This document shows positions 25,121 through 34,730 of a stretch of 64,000 nucleotides of DNA, piece after piece (positions within the stretch are counted from its first letter, which is position 1; each line of letters opens with the position of its first letter). The notes beneath the pieces were generated by a model. The model did not search any database. It saw only the letters and a program-made list of their open reading frames with translations, and was not told the origin of the DNA. A program made the translations under genes and the position numbers. Where the stretch lies: NCBI GenBank assembly GCA_035540375.1, contig DATLGO010000049.1, positions 1,618 to 65,617 of the forward strand, given 5' to 3'. The stretch is from Thermoplasmatota archaeon (GTDB taxonomy: Archaea; Thermoplasmatota; SW-10-69-26; JACQPN01; JAJPHT01).

Positions 25121-28100
25121 GCGACCACCCCCACGTCGTAGACGAGCGAACGCACACCGACGCGGGCCGCGAGGGAGGCCGTCAGCGACACGTCGTGACG
25201 GCCGGGACCGTGGAGGGGCCCGAGGTCCGGCGGAAGGACGAGGATGGCGGTTCCGTCCGGTCCGGTGGAGGACGTGGCGCTGCGCGTCGCGGGGCTCTTG
25301 CGGCCGGGCGTGACGCCCTCGAGGCCGGGTTCCCACGAGACGACGGCCTGGGCCTGGACGCCCGCGACGGGCCGTCCGTCGGCCCACGTCGCCTGCACGC
25401 GGAGATGGATGGCTTCCGCCATGCCGTAGCGCGGCTTCGCGAGGGTCGCGGTCACGACGAGGGGCACCTCGACGCGTACGGCGACCGAGGCCGCGGTGGC
25501 CCCGTTCTCGCTCGTCGCGCGGACGATGGCCACGACGCTCGCGGGACCGCTTGCGCTCGAGGAGGCCTTGAGCGAGACGTTTACGACGCGGGACTGGCCC
25601 CGTTCGATGGCGATCGGCGGGCTCGCGTCGAGGCTCGCGCTCCACCCCGAGGGAAGGCCGAGCACGTGGAGCGAGACGTTGTCGTCGCGCTCCCCGGTCG
25701 CGGTGACCGTGACGGGGATGCGGAGCGTCTCGCCCGGGCTCGCGACGATCGCGGATCCCGGCGGGAGGGTCGGTGTCTCGACGCGGAGGCCGTACGGCGG
25801 GACGACCGTGACCTCGATCGTGTCCGACGACGTCCGGCCCGCCGCGTCCCGGACGGTGAGGGTCGTGCGGTAGACGCCCAGGTCGGCGAAGGCGTGCGTC
25901 ACGACCCGGCCCTTCGCGACGGGCGTCCCGTCGCCGAAGTCCCAGAGATAGTCCTTGATCGCGGTGTTGACGCCGCGGCTTTGGGACGCGTCGAAGACGG
26001 CGGCGCGGCCGCGGTCCACCGTCCGGTCGGGGCCGGCGTTCGCGACGAGGCTGCCGACGGCGACCTTCGCTTCGTAGGTCCACGCTCCGACGTCCGCTTC
26101 GGTGACGGTCAGGTTCACGCGGTAGAGGCCTGGCGCGGCGTAGGCGTGCGTCGGGTTGCGCTCGGCGCTCGTCGACCCGTCGCCGAACTCCCACGCGAAG
26201 GAGAGCGCGGCGCCCTCGAGGGCGACGGAGCGGTCCGCGAAGGCGACTAGCTCGCCCACGCCCGCGGTCGCGGGCGACCACGTGAAGCTGGGGATGACGC
26301 CGTGGACCGCGACCTGCACCGTCTCGACCGTTTCCCGACCGAGGTTGTCGACGACCGCGACCGTGAGGGCGTGGCGGCCCGGCGTCGGGAACGTGAGCAC
26401 GGGCCGCGACGGGGTCGCGCCGTCGACGCGCTCGAGGGCGGCGACGGCGTCGACGAGGCCCCATCCGAAGGCGGCGTTCGGCGTGGGTCCCGGGTCCGAC
26501 GGGAGCTTGCGGGCCGTCGCAAGGAGCGCGTCCTTCACGCCGGCGGGATCGAGCGAGGGGTCCTTCTCGAGGAGCAGGGCCGCGATCCCGGCGACCTGGG
26601 CGGCCGCGAACGAGGTGCCCGTGAAGGCCGACGCGCTGTGGCGCCCGGCGAACGACACGGGCGCCGTCACGGCGACCCCGGGCGCGACGAGATCGGGCTT
26701 CCCGCGGGAAAGCCCGCCGCCGCGGGAGGAGAACGACGCGAGCGTGTCGTCCCTCCAATCGGGGGTGCCGTGGTCCTCGACGGCCCCGACGGTGATCCCG
26801 AGGCGGGCGTTGCCGGGAGGCGTGATGCGGTTGCGCGCGTCGAAGGCGAGCGGGTCGTCGGGCGCGATGTCCGGGCGGCCCCAGAGCCCGCGGTTCCCGG
26901 CGGGGAGGACGACGACGAGGCCCCGCTCGACGAGCGCGTCGGCGAAGTCGCCGAAGGCGTCGATCGGCTGCCGGTTCGCGCGGTGGTCGGGGAAGCACAT
27001 GTCGAACTGGCACGAGCGGACGAGGCCGACGTAGACCACGCGGATCCCGAGGCGTTCGTGGTTCTCGGCGATCCAGTCGAGGCCATCGAGCGTCGGCACG
27101 TACGCGTCGCGGGCGATCGGGTCCCGGTCGATGACCTTCACGTCGACGAGCTTCGCGCCGGGGGCGACGCCCGCGTGGGCCCCGTTCGAGAGGCGGCCGA
27201 GCCCCGCGATCGCGCCCCCGACGCCGGTACCGTGCTTGAGCTCGTCGTCCGCGTTCGGGCACGGCGGCGCGGTGTCGCAGTTCCAGCTCCAGTCGACCCC
27301 TTCGAGGACCTGGCCTTCGAGGTCGGGGTGCGCGTCCGTGATGCCGGAGTCGACCACCGCGACCGCGACGCCGCGGCCGAGGAAGCCGAGGTCGGCGGCT
27401 TCGCGCACGCGCGTCTCGCGGTGGGCCGCGAGGGCGGCGAGCTCCATGGGCTCGTCGCGGACGACCGCGCGGACCCAGTCCTGCGCTTCGAGGCGCGCGA
27501 CGGCGTCCTCCGGGAGGACGGCCGAGAACCCGTCGACGAGCGTCCAGACGCGTCGGACCGCGCCGCCGAGCGCGGCGATCTCGTCGACGCGGTCCGCGGC
27601 GGGGCCCTCAGTGAAGACGGCGACGCGCGCGAGGGGCCCGGAGAGGACGGGCGCCCGCAGGGGCGTTACCTCGCGGGCGGCGGGCGACGGGGCGGGCGCC
27701 GGCGCCGTGGCCGTCGACACGGCGCCGTCCGGGAACGTCCAACGGATCGAGGCGGTGTACCCGGCGTCCACGGCCGAGACGCGGGCGTCGAGGACGGCGG
27801 GTCGGCCGGCGACGGCGAGGCCCAGGACGGAGGGGTGGACCGAGGGGGGAGGGTTCGCCACGCCGACCGCGAGCGAAGCCAGGCCGTGGGCGCCGGGGGC
27901 CGCGGCCGCCGCGACGACGCGACGGTCGCCCGCCGTGGCGAACGTGTGCGCGACCGCGGCGGGAAGACCCTCGTAGGCGCGCGGGAGCCGGCCCTCGCCC
28001 GTGGCGAGGAGCGCGCGCTCGACGGCGGAAGCTGCGGCGACCCCGAAGGTCGCGGGCAGGCCCGCGGTCGCGGAGGAAGGCCCCGAGAGCGTGAGGCCGA

Positions 28101-31100
28101 GGTCCGCGACGCCGCGGGCGGGCGGCGCCTCGAGCCAGGGGTCGTACGCGACGGTGCCGGCGACGGTCCCGCCCGCCGCGTCGCCGTCGCCCGCCGGGTT
28201 CGCGGGATGGGTCGGGCCGCGCGCGCTGCCCCACCAGTTCCGCTTCGCGTCGAGCGACCACGACGAGGTCGACAGCTGCTCGAGATAGATGCCCCACATA
28301 TTGCCGCGCACGTGGTTGTCCGCGACGACGTACGCCTTCGCGGGGATCGCGACGTCGCCCTTCGTGCACCAGAGGTACAGGCCCACGGCGCTCCATTCGA
28401 CGCGGTTCGCGCGCGCGATGAAGCTCGGCGTCGCGGTCCAGCATTCGGGCCTCACGTCGACGAGGCCGAACCCTTGCGCCACGTGCGCCGTGTTGTTCTC
28501 GACGCGGATGACCTCGCCGTAGGTCGTGTGGTCGATGTAGATCCCGACGCCGGTGAAGACGGTCGGATGGTCGGCCACGACGAGGTTGCGGTGGACTTCC
28601 CCGGAGGCCGAGGCCAGGTTGAGGTAGGCGCCCAGATAGACGCCGATCTCCCCGAAGGAGACGACGTTGTCCCGGATCGTCACGCGGTAGCCGTCCGAGG
28701 CGATGCCGTACTTCGCGTCCAGGACGACGTTGTTTTCGACAACGTCCCGGATGCCCCCCGCGTCGACGATGCCCATGTGGGCGCGCTCGATGAGGTTTCC
28801 GCGCACGAGACCGTAGGCCGAGCCGATGCTCTTGATGGCGGTCCCCGCGCCGCGGAAGACGTTGTCCTCGACGACGGGCGCGCGAGCGACGCGGAGGTTC
28901 GCCCCGACGTGGCGGTTCTCGAAGAGATTGTTGCGGATCGTCGGGGCGTCGGCCCCGATGATCTCGAGCGCCGCGTGCCCGAGGTCCCGCCCCTCCGTCC
29001 TCGTGGGATACCAGCCCGGCGCGTCGCGCGAGGTGAACAGGTTGTCCTCGATGACCGCGCGCGCGATCGTGCGGACGGGCCACCAGTCGGCGAAGAAGCT
29101 CACGCCGTTCTGCGCGTCGTCCTCGAACGTGTTGGATCGCACGGTGAGGTTGGAGTTCGTCGCGACGACGCTGTTCCAGTTGCCGCCGAAGACGTTGCGC
29201 TCGACGACCGCGTCCTTGACGCGGTAAAGGAAGACGCGGTCGCCGCCGTCGCGCATCACCTGGTTGCGCACAGCGACGCGGTCGGCGCGCAGGACGATGA
29301 CGGCGTGGTACTGCGTGAGGTTGCCGTTCACGTCGACCTCCGAGGCGCGCGTCACGAAGAGGAGGGGTCGTCCGTTGACGACGTTGCTCCCGTCGATGTC
29401 GTGGTCGATGTTGCGGTCGGTGTAGAACGGGTAGAACCGGATGCCGTAGCGGACGTCCGCGGCGACGTTGTCGCGAAGCGTCAGGCGCGCGACGCCGAGG
29501 AAGAGATAGCCCCAGGTGGAGTTCTCGAAGCGGTTTCGCACGACGAGGTTGTCGTGGACGGTCTCGAAGCGGCCGGCCTCGAACTCGGGCGCGACGACGG
29601 CGAGCGCCACGCGGTCGAAGCCCGTGACGAGGTTGTCGGCGAGGACGTGATGCCCGACGACGGGACGGAAGCGGCCGTGTCCATCCCACCCAAGGAGGCG
29701 GATGCCGTACCAGTTCGCGCCGAGGAGGGGGTCCCCGACGAGGGTGTTGTTCTCGACGTGACCGCGGTAGCTGAAGTAGAGGAGGACGCCGTCGTCGGCG
29801 ACGGTCGTCACCGCGTTCGCGGCGATGCGGACGCGCTCGGCGCCGAAGACCCAGACGCCGAGGCCGTCGATGTCGTTGTCGAGGACCTCGACGTCCGTCG
29901 CCCAGACGACGTGGACGCCTCCCGCGCGCTCGAGGACGTTCGCTTCGACGAGGGCGCGGCGGACGAGGGAAGCGTACCGGTCGCTTCCGACGAACACGCC
30001 GTCCGCCGAGCGCAGCAGGTTCGCGCGGATGGTCGCGTCGTTCCCCACGACGGCGATGCCGCCGTGGTAATCGCGAGCGTCCGGGTAGACCCCGATGTCC
30101 CAGTCGAACCGCGTGATGTGGCCGTCCGAAAGGCTCCGTCCCGACCGCGCCCACGTGTGCTCCAGGGTGTTGTTCTCGACGAGGTTGCCGTTCCCGCTGA
30201 GCCAGATGCCCCCGGCCCGATGGAAGAGATTGTCGCGGACGTGGGCGCCGTGGACGTTCGATCCGTAGAGCGCCGCGTCGCGCGTCGGCGCGTCGACGAA
30301 GGCGTTACCCGCGATGACGAGCCCGCGCCCGGCGACCTCCACGCCCGTGCACCATTCGCCGCCCTGCCAGATGTCCCAGATGCACCCGCGGAGGTTCGTG
30401 AGGTCGCTCGACGGGCTCGCGAACATGTCGCGGACGAGGTTGCCCTCGAAACGGACGTTCGCGGGAACGACGTCCCCGCGGGCGAACACGCGGCCGGCGT
30501 GGCTCGTGTGGAGCACGATGTTGCCCTCGAAGGCGAGGTTCGCCACGTCGGCGAGGTCGAAGCCGAAGAAGGCCGACGTGGGCCGATCGTGGACGCTGCG
30601 GATGAGGAGGTCCCGGATGATCACGTGCGCCGTGGTGTTGCGCACCACGATCGCGGTCGTGTTCTCGCCGCCCACGATCTCCCACCCTTCGATGACGTAG
30701 GGGTCGACGGCGGTGCCGCGTCCCCGCACGACGCCCGAGGAGGGGGACGCGAACCCCGCGTTGTCCGCGATGACGATGGGCGGATGGAGGCGCCGCGGGG
30801 TGGTGGAGGCGGTAACTGGCGGCAGGCGTTCGGGGTCGACCGGTTCCGGCTCGACGGGATCCGCCCGCTTCGCGGGCCGGGCCGGGGCGATCGAGGCGAC
30901 TTCGTCGCCGAAGGGGGCCTTCTGACCCGTGTGGGAGACGTTCTCCCCCAGGAAGAGACCCTCGCGGAGGCTGCCGAGCCTCGACGCGTGAGGACCGAGC
31001 GTGACCGATTCGGCCTCCAGCGCGATCGCGGGAAGCCCGCCGGCCGCGAACGACGAGCTCACGGAAGGGGAGGCCGCGAGCACGGCGAGAACGATCGGGA

Positions 31101-31137
31101 TCAGGACCTTCTGCGGGACGTTGGCTCGTGCGCGCAA
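25117..31137 (-). CDS. Giant secreted protein A (2006 aa): signal peptide, roughly 890-aa right-handed parallel beta-helix (NosD/PbH1-like) region, internal I9-like propeptide + S8 subtilase domain, PKD domains, C-terminal module shared with protease B
   Basis: ORF 25117..31137 (TTG start). Signal peptide VLIPIVLAVLAASPSVSSSFAAG. Dozens of beta-helix rungs (NxxxxN / VxxNxI patterns) ending in the NWWGSARGP...YDPWL motif. S8 triad AVVDSGI, KHGTGVGGAIAG, GTSFAAAQVAGIAA. PKD signatures WEFGDGS and WDFGDGT. Confidence 0.85.
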   Translation of the reverse strand: MRARANVPQKVLIPIVLAVLAASPSVSSSFAAGGLPAIALEAESVTLGPHASRLGSLREGLFLGENVSHTGQKAPFGDEVASIAPARPAKRADPVEPEPVDPERLPPVTASTTPRRLHPPIVIADNAGFASPSSGVVRGRGTAVDPYVIEGWEIVGGENTTAIVVRNTTAHVIIRDLLIRSVHDRPTSAFFGFDLADVANLAFEGNIVLHTSHAGRVFARGDVVPANVRFEGNLVRDMFASPSSDLTNLRGCIWDIWQGGEWCTGVEVAGRGLVIAGNAFVDAPTRDAALYGSNVHGAHVRDNLFHRAGGIWLSGNGNLVENNTLEHTWARSGRSLSDGHITRFDWDIGVYPDARDYHGGIAVVGNDATIRANLLRSADGVFVGSDRYASLVRRALVEANVLERAGGVHVVWATDVEVLDNDIDGLGVWVFGAERVRIAANAVTTVADDGVLLYFSYRGHVENNTLVGDPLLGANWYGIRLLGWDGHGRFRPVVGHHVLADNLVTGFDRVALAVVAPEFEAGRFETVHDNLVVRNRFENSTWGYLFLGVARLTLRDNVAADVRYGIRFYPFYTDRNIDHDIDGSNVVNGRPLLFVTRASEVDVNGNLTQYHAVIVLRADRVAVRNQVMRDGGDRVFLYRVKDAVVERNVFGGNWNSVVATNSNLTVRSNTFEDDAQNGVSFFADWWPVRTIARAVIEDNLFTSRDAPGWYPTRTEGRDLGHAALEIIGADAPTIRNNLFENRHVGANLRVARAPVVEDNVFRGAGTAIKSIGSAYGLVRGNLIERAHMGIVDAGGIRDVVENNVVLDAKYGIASDGYRVTIRDNVVSFGEIGVYLGAYLNLASASGEVHRNLVVADHPTVFTGVGIYIDHTTYGEVIRVENNTAHVAQGFGLVDVRPECWTATPSFIARANRVEWSAVGLYLWCTKGDVAIPAKAYVVADNHVRGNMWGIYLEQLSTSSWSLDAKRNWWGSARGPTHPANPAGDGDAAGGTVAGTVAYDPWLEAPPARGVADLGLTLSGPSSATAGLPATFGVAAASAVERALLATGEGRLPRAYEGLPAAVAHTFATAGDRRVVAAAAAPGAHGLASLAVGVANPPPSVHPSVLGLAVAGRPAVLDARVSAVDAGYTASIRWTFPDGAVSTATAPAPAPSPAAREVTPLRAPVLSGPLARVAVFTEGPAADRVDEIAALGGAVRRVWTLVDGFSAVLPEDAVARLEAQDWVRAVVRDEPMELAALAAHRETRVREAADLGFLGRGVAVAVVDSGITDAHPDLEGQVLEGVDWSWNCDTAPPCPNADDELKHGTGVGGAIAGLGRLSNGAHAGVAPGAKLVDVKVIDRDPIARDAYVPTLDGLDWIAENHERLGIRVVYVGLVRSCQFDMCFPDHRANRQPIDAFGDFADALVERGLVVVLPAGNRGLWGRPDIAPDDPLAFDARNRITPPGNARLGITVGAVEDHGTPDWRDDTLASFSSRGGGLSRGKPDLVAPGVAVTAPVSFAGRHSASAFTGTSFAAAQVAGIAALLLEKDPSLDPAGVKDALLATARKLPSDPGPTPNAAFGWGLVDAVAALERVDGATPSRPVLTFPTPGRHALTVAVVDNLGRETVETVQVAVHGVIPSFTWSPATAGVGELVAFADRSVALEGAALSFAWEFGDGSTSAERNPTHAYAAPGLYRVNLTVTEADVGAWTYEAKVAVGSLVANAGPDRTVDRGRAAVFDASQSRGVNTAIKDYLWDFGDGTPVAKGRVVTHAFADLGVYRTTLTVRDAAGRTSSDTIEVTVVPPYGLRVETPTLPPGSAIVASPGETLRIPVTVTATGERDDNVSLHVLGLPSGWSASLDASPPIAIERGQSRVVNVSLKASSSASGPASVVAIVRATSENGATAASVAVRVEVPLVVTATLAKPRYGMAEAIHLRVQATWADGRPVAGVQAQAVVSWEPGLEGVTPGRKSPATRSATSSTGPDGTAILVLPPDLGPLHGPGRHDVSLTASLAARVGVRSLVYDVGVVA

Positions 31138-31201
31138 TGATAGCCCCCCTGGAGAGAGCCGGACCGCGCGCTTGCGTCTTGATCCTTTCCCGGGCCCGTC
31201 G

Positions 31202-32239
31202 TCAGAGGCGGCCTTCGGCGTGGAAGAGCTCCGCGTTCAGGATGCTGCACCCCGCGGCGCCGCGGATCGTGTTCGCGCTCGTCAGGAAGAATTTCACGCT
31301 CGCGAGCGGATCGGCACGGACGCGCCCCACGCTCACGGCCATGCCGTTGCCTTCAAGGATGTCCCGCCGGGGCTGCGGACGGTTCGCCTCGAAGCGCACG
31401 ACGAGCGGCGATCTCGGCGCGCTGGGGAGCTTCAGCTCCTGGGGTCGGCCTCGCCAGGCGGCCATCAGGGCGGCGACGTCCTCGCTCTTCGCCTTCTTCT
31501 TGAGCTGCACATGGGCCGCGAGGGAGTGACCCTCCTCGACCGGAACCCGGACGCACGTCGCGCTGATCGCGATGGGGGCCGGGACGACGCCGCGCGACCC
31601 GAGCTTGCCAAGCATCTTGAGCGGCTCGGTCTCGACCTTCTCCTCCTCGTTGCCGATGTACGGGATGACGTTGCCGAGGATGTCGAGGCTCGGGACCCCG
31701 GGATAGCCGGCGCCCGAGACGGCCTGGAAGCTCACGACGTTCACGCGCTCGACGCCCCACTTGTCGTGGAGGGGCTTCAGCGCCATCGTGAGCGGGATGC
31801 CGACGCAGTTCCCGTTCGTGACGATGAAACCGTCCGTGCGCTGGCGCTCGACGAGCGCCGCGTGCTCCGGATTGACCTCGGGGATGATGAGGGGGACATC
31901 CGCGTCCATGCGGTGGTCCTTGGCGTTCGAGAAGACCTTGTAGCCGCGCGCGGCGAGATCGGTCTCGACCTTGCCCGCGATCCCGGACGGGATGGCGCTG
32001 AAGCACACGTCCGCGTCGAGGTCGTCCGTCGCAAGCCGCACCTCGCGGTCGCGCGCGGCCTTGGGCATCGGGGACGCGAGGATCCAGTTCGCGGCCTCCC
32101 CGTACGTCTTGGACGCCGAGCGCTCGCTCGCGACGAGCTCCGACACCTGGAAGACCGGGTGGTTCTCGAGGAGCTCGATGAATCTCTGGCCCACGGCGCC
32201 CGTCGCGCCGAGCACGGCGACCTTCACGCGCTTTGTCAT
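31202..32239 (-). CDS. asd: Aspartate-semialdehyde dehydrogenase
   Basis: ATG 32239 (ATGA overlap with the lysC stop) inside ORF 31202..32305. VKVAVLGATGAVGQRF, NGNCVGIPL (active-site Cys region), FQAVSGAGYPG. Confidence 0.9.
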   Translation of the reverse strand: MTKRVKVAVLGATGAVGQRFIELLENHPVFQVSELVASERSASKTYGEAANWILASPMPKAARDREVRLATDDLDADVCFSAIPSGIAGKVETDLAARGYKVFSNAKDHRMDADVPLIIPEVNPEHAALVERQRTDGFIVTNGNCVGIPLTMALKPLHDKWGVERVNVVSFQAVSGAGYPGVPSLDILGNVIPYIGNEEEKVETEPLKMLGKLGSRGVVPAPIAISATCVRVPVEEGHSLAAHVQLKKKAKSEDVAALMAAWRGRPQELKLPSAPRSPLVVRFEANRPQPRRDILEGNGMAVSVGRVRADPLASVKFFLTSANTIRGAAGCSILNAELFHAEGRL

Positions 32240-33636
32240 GGCTTGCTCGCTCCTTTCCTGCGGGGCTCCTTCTTCAAGAACGTGTCGTGGATGGCGACGA
32301 GGCATCGCTCCGCGTCGCGCGACCGGATCACGAAGTTGAGCGCGATGTCGGAGGCGCCGACGCCGATCATCTCGATGTTGACGCCCGCGTTCCCGACGGC
32401 CGTGAAAACGCGACCGGCCGTGCCGTGCGTCGACCCGATGCCGCGGCCGACGACGCAGACGAGGGTCATGTCGCGGATGCCCTCGACCGACTGGATGATG
32501 CCCTCGTGCATGGCCTCGAGCGCCTTGACGCCGCGGTCGAGGTCCTCCTCGTTCACGAGGAGCGCGAAGCTCGCCTGGCTCGCGGCCATGTTGTAGACGT
32601 TGACCTTCGCGTCGCCGAGCGCCGCGAAGACCTTCTTGCCGATGCCGGGCGTGTACGCCATGCCGGGGCCGTAGAGGCGGATGATCGCGAGCTTGCCCTT
32701 CGTCGCGCAGCTGCGGAGGGACAGGGCCGTCGCGGGCGTGTCGGAGGTGATGAGCGTGCCTTCGCCCGCGGGATCGAACGTGGCGCGCACGTAGATGGGG
32801 ATGCCGCGCTCCTTGACGGGCTCGACCGTCCGCGGGTGCAGCACCTTCGCGCCGACGTAGGCGAGCTCCGCCGCCTCGTCGTACGTCATGACGTCGATCG
32901 GCGCGGCTTCCTTGATCACGCGCGGGTCCGCCGTGAGGAAGCCGTCGACGTCCTTCCAGACCTCGAGCCGCTCGGCGCGGAGCGCGGCGGCGACGATGCT
33001 CGCCGTGTAGTCCGACCCGCCGCGGCCGAAGGTCGTCACGTGACCGAGGGGGTCGGCCCCGAAGAAGCCGGTGACGACCGGCGCGACGCCCCGCTCGACG
33101 AGCGGCGTCACGGTCCTCGCGAGGTTGCGCTCGACCTCCGGCATGATGGGGCTCGCGTTGCCGAAGACGCCGTCCGTGACGACGCCCGCGGCGTCCGCGT
33201 CGAGCGCCTCCGCCGGGGTCCCGCGGGATCGAAGGGTCGCGGCGAGGGCGCGCACCGCGAGGCGCTCGCCGAAGGAGACGGCGAGATCGCGCGACTTGCC
33301 CGTGAGCTCCTCCGTGTAGGCGATGCCGTAGAGGAGGCGTTCGAGTTTCTGGACGAGCTCGTCGATCTCGCGTCGCGCGCGGTCCGCCTCGACGTCGGAG
33401 ACGCCCGCGTCCTCGATCGCCTTGAGATGGCGGTCGCGCAGCGAGGCCAGGAAGGGATCGATCGCGCTCTCGTCCCGGCGGACCTTGTCGAGCGCCGCGA
33501 GGATGGCGTCGGTGACGCCGCTCATCGCGCTGATGACGACGACGCGGCCCCCGGGGGACGCGGCGACGATGTCCGACACGCGGACGAGCATCTCGCCGGA
33601 TCCGACGCTCGTGCCGCCGAACTTCATGACCCTCAC
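32236..33636 (-). CDS. lysC: Aspartate kinase with C-terminal ACT domains
   Basis: ORF 32236..33636. MRVMKFGGTSVGSGE...VVVISAMSGVTD. Confidence 0.9.
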   Translation of the reverse strand: MRVMKFGGTSVGSGEMLVRVSDIVAASPGGRVVVISAMSGVTDAILAALDKVRRDESAIDPFLASLRDRHLKAIEDAGVSDVEADRARREIDELVQKLERLLYGIAYTEELTGKSRDLAVSFGERLAVRALAATLRSRGTPAEALDADAAGVVTDGVFGNASPIMPEVERNLARTVTPLVERGVAPVVTGFFGADPLGHVTTFGRGGSDYTASIVAAALRAERLEVWKDVDGFLTADPRVIKEAAPIDVMTYDEAAELAYVGAKVLHPRTVEPVKERGIPIYVRATFDPAGEGTLITSDTPATALSLRSCATKGKLAIIRLYGPGMAYTPGIGKKVFAALGDAKVNVYNMAASQASFALLVNEEDLDRGVKALEAMHEGIIQSVEGIRDMTLVCVVGRGIGSTHGTAGRVFTAVGNAGVNIEMIGVGASDIALNFVIRSRDAERCLVAIHDTFLKKEPRRKGASKP

Positions 33637-34730
33637 GGCGTCACCCCCGCGTGGAAGCGTCGCGCATCCTCCATGATCGCGCGGAAGGCGGCCTCGTCAT
33701 CGAGGCTCGCCTCGAGGCGCGCGAGGGCTTCGCGAAGGGCCGCGTAGACGTCGGGCGTGCGGGCGTTCAGCTTCTGGATCTGCCGGTAGAGCTCCGCGTT
33801 CTCGTGCGCGACCTCGGCCGCGACGCGCGTCTGCTTCGTAAAGGTCGGGCCCCCGAGCGGGGCGAGCGCCGCGAGGGGGTACGGGCTCGATCGGGCGGCT
33901 TCGCTGAAGACGATGTTGAGCGCGTGGGGCAGGCCGAGCGTGTACGCCATGTAGGTGTCGTGCTCCTCGAGCGGGACGTCGACGAGGTTCGCCGCGGTGT
34001 CCTCGAAGAGGGCGCGGGCCGCGCGCGTCGCGTCGGACGCGCCGCAGTCGCAGAGGACGAGGTTGCGCGAGGCGAGGAGGTCCGTCGAAGGTCCCCACAT
34101 CGGGTGCACGCTCGTCACGTTCATGCCCTTTGCTGCGAGCCGTCGGAGCGCGCCGGCGAGGGGCGACTTGAGGCTCGCGATGTCGAACACGAGCCCTTCG
34201 GTCGCGCCCTCGAGCCTGTCAAGGACGTTCGCGGCGGCGGCCGGGGGAACCGCGACGACGACGACGTCGAACGAGCCCGCGGCGTCGCGGTAGTCGCCGA
34301 CCGCGGCGTAGTTCGCGTGCGCGCCGCGCGGGTCGCTCACGGCGACGCTCATGCCCTTCGAATCGAGGAACTCGCAGAACCAGGAGCCCATCGCGCCGCG
34401 GCCGCCGACGACGAGGGCCCGCGAGCCGGTCGCCGACGCCTTCGAGGCGCTCCGGCGGTCCCGCTCCTGGGCGCGGAGGGCCTCCGCGATGAGGAGCTTC
34501 ATGGTCTCCTCGGCGAGGCCCGGGTCGAGGCCGAGCGACGTCGCCTGGGCGCGCGCGTCGGCGATGACCTCCGCCTCGACCGCGTAGTTGCGGATCGGGA
34601 GACCCATCGCGCGCTTCGCCTCGCCGATGGAGCGGGCGAGCGCCACGCGGCCGGCCGCGAGGCGGACGATGTCCGCGTCGAGGCGCTTGATCTCCTCGCG
34701 CATCTTCGCGAGGTCGCCGGGCGCGGTCAC
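33633..34730 (-). CDS. tyrA: Bifunctional chorismate mutase (AroQ) / prephenate dehydrogenase
   Basis: GTG 34730 (GTGA overlap with the aroC stop; alternative ATG 34703) within ORF 33633..35186. N-terminal CM helix MREEIKRLDADIVRLAAGRVALARSIGEAKR, then VVGGRGAMGSWF Rossmann fold and a PDH core. Confidence 0.8.
   Translation of the reverse strand: MTAPGDLAKMREEIKRLDADIVRLAAGRVALARSIGEAKRAMGLPIRNYAVEAEVIADARAQATSLGLDPGLAEETMKLLIAEALRAQERDRRSASKASATGSRALVVGGRGAMGSWFCEFLDSKGMSVAVSDPRGAHANYAAVGDYRDAAGSFDVVVVAVPPAAAANVLDRLEGATEGLVFDIASLKSPLAGALRRLAAKGMNVTSVHPMWGPSTDLLASRNLVLCDCGASDATRAARALFEDTAANLVDVPLEEHDTYMAYTLGLPHALNIVFSEAARSSPYPLAALAPLGGPTFTKQTRVAAEVAHENAELYRQIQKLNARTPDVYAALREALARLEASLDDEAAFRAIMEDARRFHAGVTP

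Noticed and set aside
25121-27262. N-terminal 714 codons of ORF 20981..27262 (MPERGRRAQARYRRRGRDRG...)
   Set aside because: Arg/Pro-rich nonsense lying out of frame inside protease A. Protein-like sequence begins only at the signal peptide at 25120.
26302-31140. 1612-aa plus-strand ORF, plus the other long ORFs at 27608..30154 and 22377..25157 (minus strand, off-frame), 21143..23629 and 23630..25141
   Set aside because: All are antisense to, or out of frame with, the two giant protease genes. Their composition is dominated by R/G/D/E/P runs. The protease frames carry S8 triads, PKD motifs and beta-helix rungs.
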